Positions 6,946-8,322 of a stretch of DNA of 8,322 nucleotides are shown piece after piece. A program made the translations under genes and the position numbers. Below the pieces are notes generated by a model. It saw only the letters and a list, made by a program, of their open reading frames with translations. It ran no database searches and was not told where the DNA came from. Numbering within the stretch: the first letter of the stretch is position 1; the number at the start of each line of letters is the position of its first letter. This stretch comes from Octopus sinensis (Eukaryota), in contig NW_021828460.1 in the NCBI RefSeq assembly GCF_006345805.1, positions 1 to 8,322 of the forward strand, given 5' to 3'.

Positions 6946-7336
6946 GTGGTGGTTGCCCCCTCGATATCGAGTATGGCCATTGCACGAAGCTTAATCCATG
7001 TTATCGTGCAATGCCTGTGGAAGATTTTTTTAAAGTGAGGAAAGGCTGTGCACTGAGTCAATCCCACTCACTAAGCAACAGCAGCCATAATCCGAAAAGA
7101 AGAACAAGTCAACATCATCGATAGCCATTGAGCCGCAGGTTTTATGTCGGAGTTATCCCATTTACCTGAGTTACCTTCTCCTAGAAGGATGCCCTAACAA
7201 AGGCTAGGAGTCCCTCACTCCCAATGGTTTAACCGCGTGATCGGGTATTCAGTCCAATTATTTCTATGTCCTCGCGCATGATACAGCCTTAAGACATTTA
7301 TTGGATGGCCGTTGACTCTCAAGAGCTCCTCCGCCC
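6946..7336 (-). mobile_element. Putative non-autonomous RTE-derived element (5' UTR joined to 3' end)
   Basis: The minus strand carries ...GGGACTCCTAGCCTTTGTTAGGGCATCCTTCTAGGAGAAGGTAACTC..., resembling the RTE-clade 5' UTR motif, and ends ...ATACTCGATATCGAGGGGGCAACC followed by (TATG)n, resembling RTE 3' termini. Both resemblances are from memory, not a search. Several perfect hairpins are present. Confidence 0.5.
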
Positions 7337-7379
7337 TACATACATACATATATACATACATACATACATACATACATAC
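7337..7379. repeat. (TACA)n array
   Basis: Read directly; one TATA variant. Confidence 0.97.
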
Positions 7380-8222
7380 TGATTCCCATTGCTCGTTATT
7401 TACTCAACGCCGTCATGATACACTATATAACTAGCCGGTCCGGCTTTAGATATACAAACCCTAACGGAGATGATACAAAGATTACCAGGCGGACAAGTGT
7501 CTCAGATTGACGTCAAGTCCCGTCTACGAAGCGTTAGATTCGTTGACCACATCTTTTCAAACCGATTTTCACTCATCTGATCATCGTCTTCAATATGCAC
7601 ACAAAAAGTATTAACGATGTTTGAGATAGCATCGCTAAAACGTAAGTACAAATCTTTTATATAATGCAATATATGTACATACATATAAAATGCATGTGCA
7701 ATGGGTAAGACTTTACTCATATAAAAATGTTACAAGATCTTTAACAGAAATTCTGCAACGTGCAGTCCTAGCTACATAGCTTACATAAGGTTGTAAATCT
7801 CTGAATACAACCATAAAATTTATAAATACTATACAAAGAGAATCGAATGCAGTTGCAAACTCTCGGATTGGTGATATAAGAAGAAGCTAAAAGGTACAGT
7901 AAAAATTTATATCGGGTTAACTGAATATACATTTAAAATTAGGATCTATATCGCACACATTCATTTACAGTCGGTGATGAAATGTCTCTATCAAAATATA
8001 TCTGGTTCCTGAAAGAGAGGTTCAATCGATTTGACTGGTAATTTAAATTTCGCCTTTGATGACTTACTGAGGCCTTTGAATAAGCCCTTGATGACGAAAT
8101 GCAAAGTTCCAGGAAAATGAATATTATAAATAAATAATACCGTACGAAAAGGATAAACCTCCAGCACTAGTAAATTTTAGGCGTCTTCAACTTGTTGACG
8201 AGCAAAAAGAAATGATGCATTG

Positions 8223-8300
8223 ACACACACAAGCACGCACAATTATATACATATATATATATATATATATATTTATATACACACATATACATAGATATAT
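8223..8300. repeat. (CA)n and (TA)n dinucleotide tracts
   Basis: Read directly; (AT)n core at 8251-8272. Confidence 0.9.
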
Positions 8301-8322
8301 AAAAATGCACAAATGTAGCGGT

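Noticed and set aside
7266-7279. ATG-TCCTCGCG-CAT resembling the HDV ribozyme P3/L3 loop
   Set aside because: No P1 strand followed by GG for P1.1, no P2 closure, and it lies antisense to the inferred element.

Overview
Eukaryotic, AT-rich, repeat-saturated non-coding DNA with no intact protein-coding gene. The SINE families and microsatellite spectrum match what I recall from octopus (coleoid cephalopod) genomes, but I could not verify the host here. Most ORFs in the track are translations of microsatellites. The window holds: (i) tRNA-headed SINEs of two families, including a three-layer stack at 2836-4005; (ii) two decayed, mutually divergent 3' fragments of non-LTR retrotransposons encoding a restriction-like endonuclease (RLE; CCHC knuckle plus PD-(D/E)xK-type nuclease) at 4705-5138 and 5683-6884; (iii) two tandem ~110-bp units and a hairpin-rich ~390-bp RTE-like element. 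The striking pattern is that from 4633 to 7379 these five inserts each lie between (CATA)n arrays, which suggests retroelements targeted to the ACAT microsatellite. A unique, GC-richer block at about 280-1158 remains unexplained.
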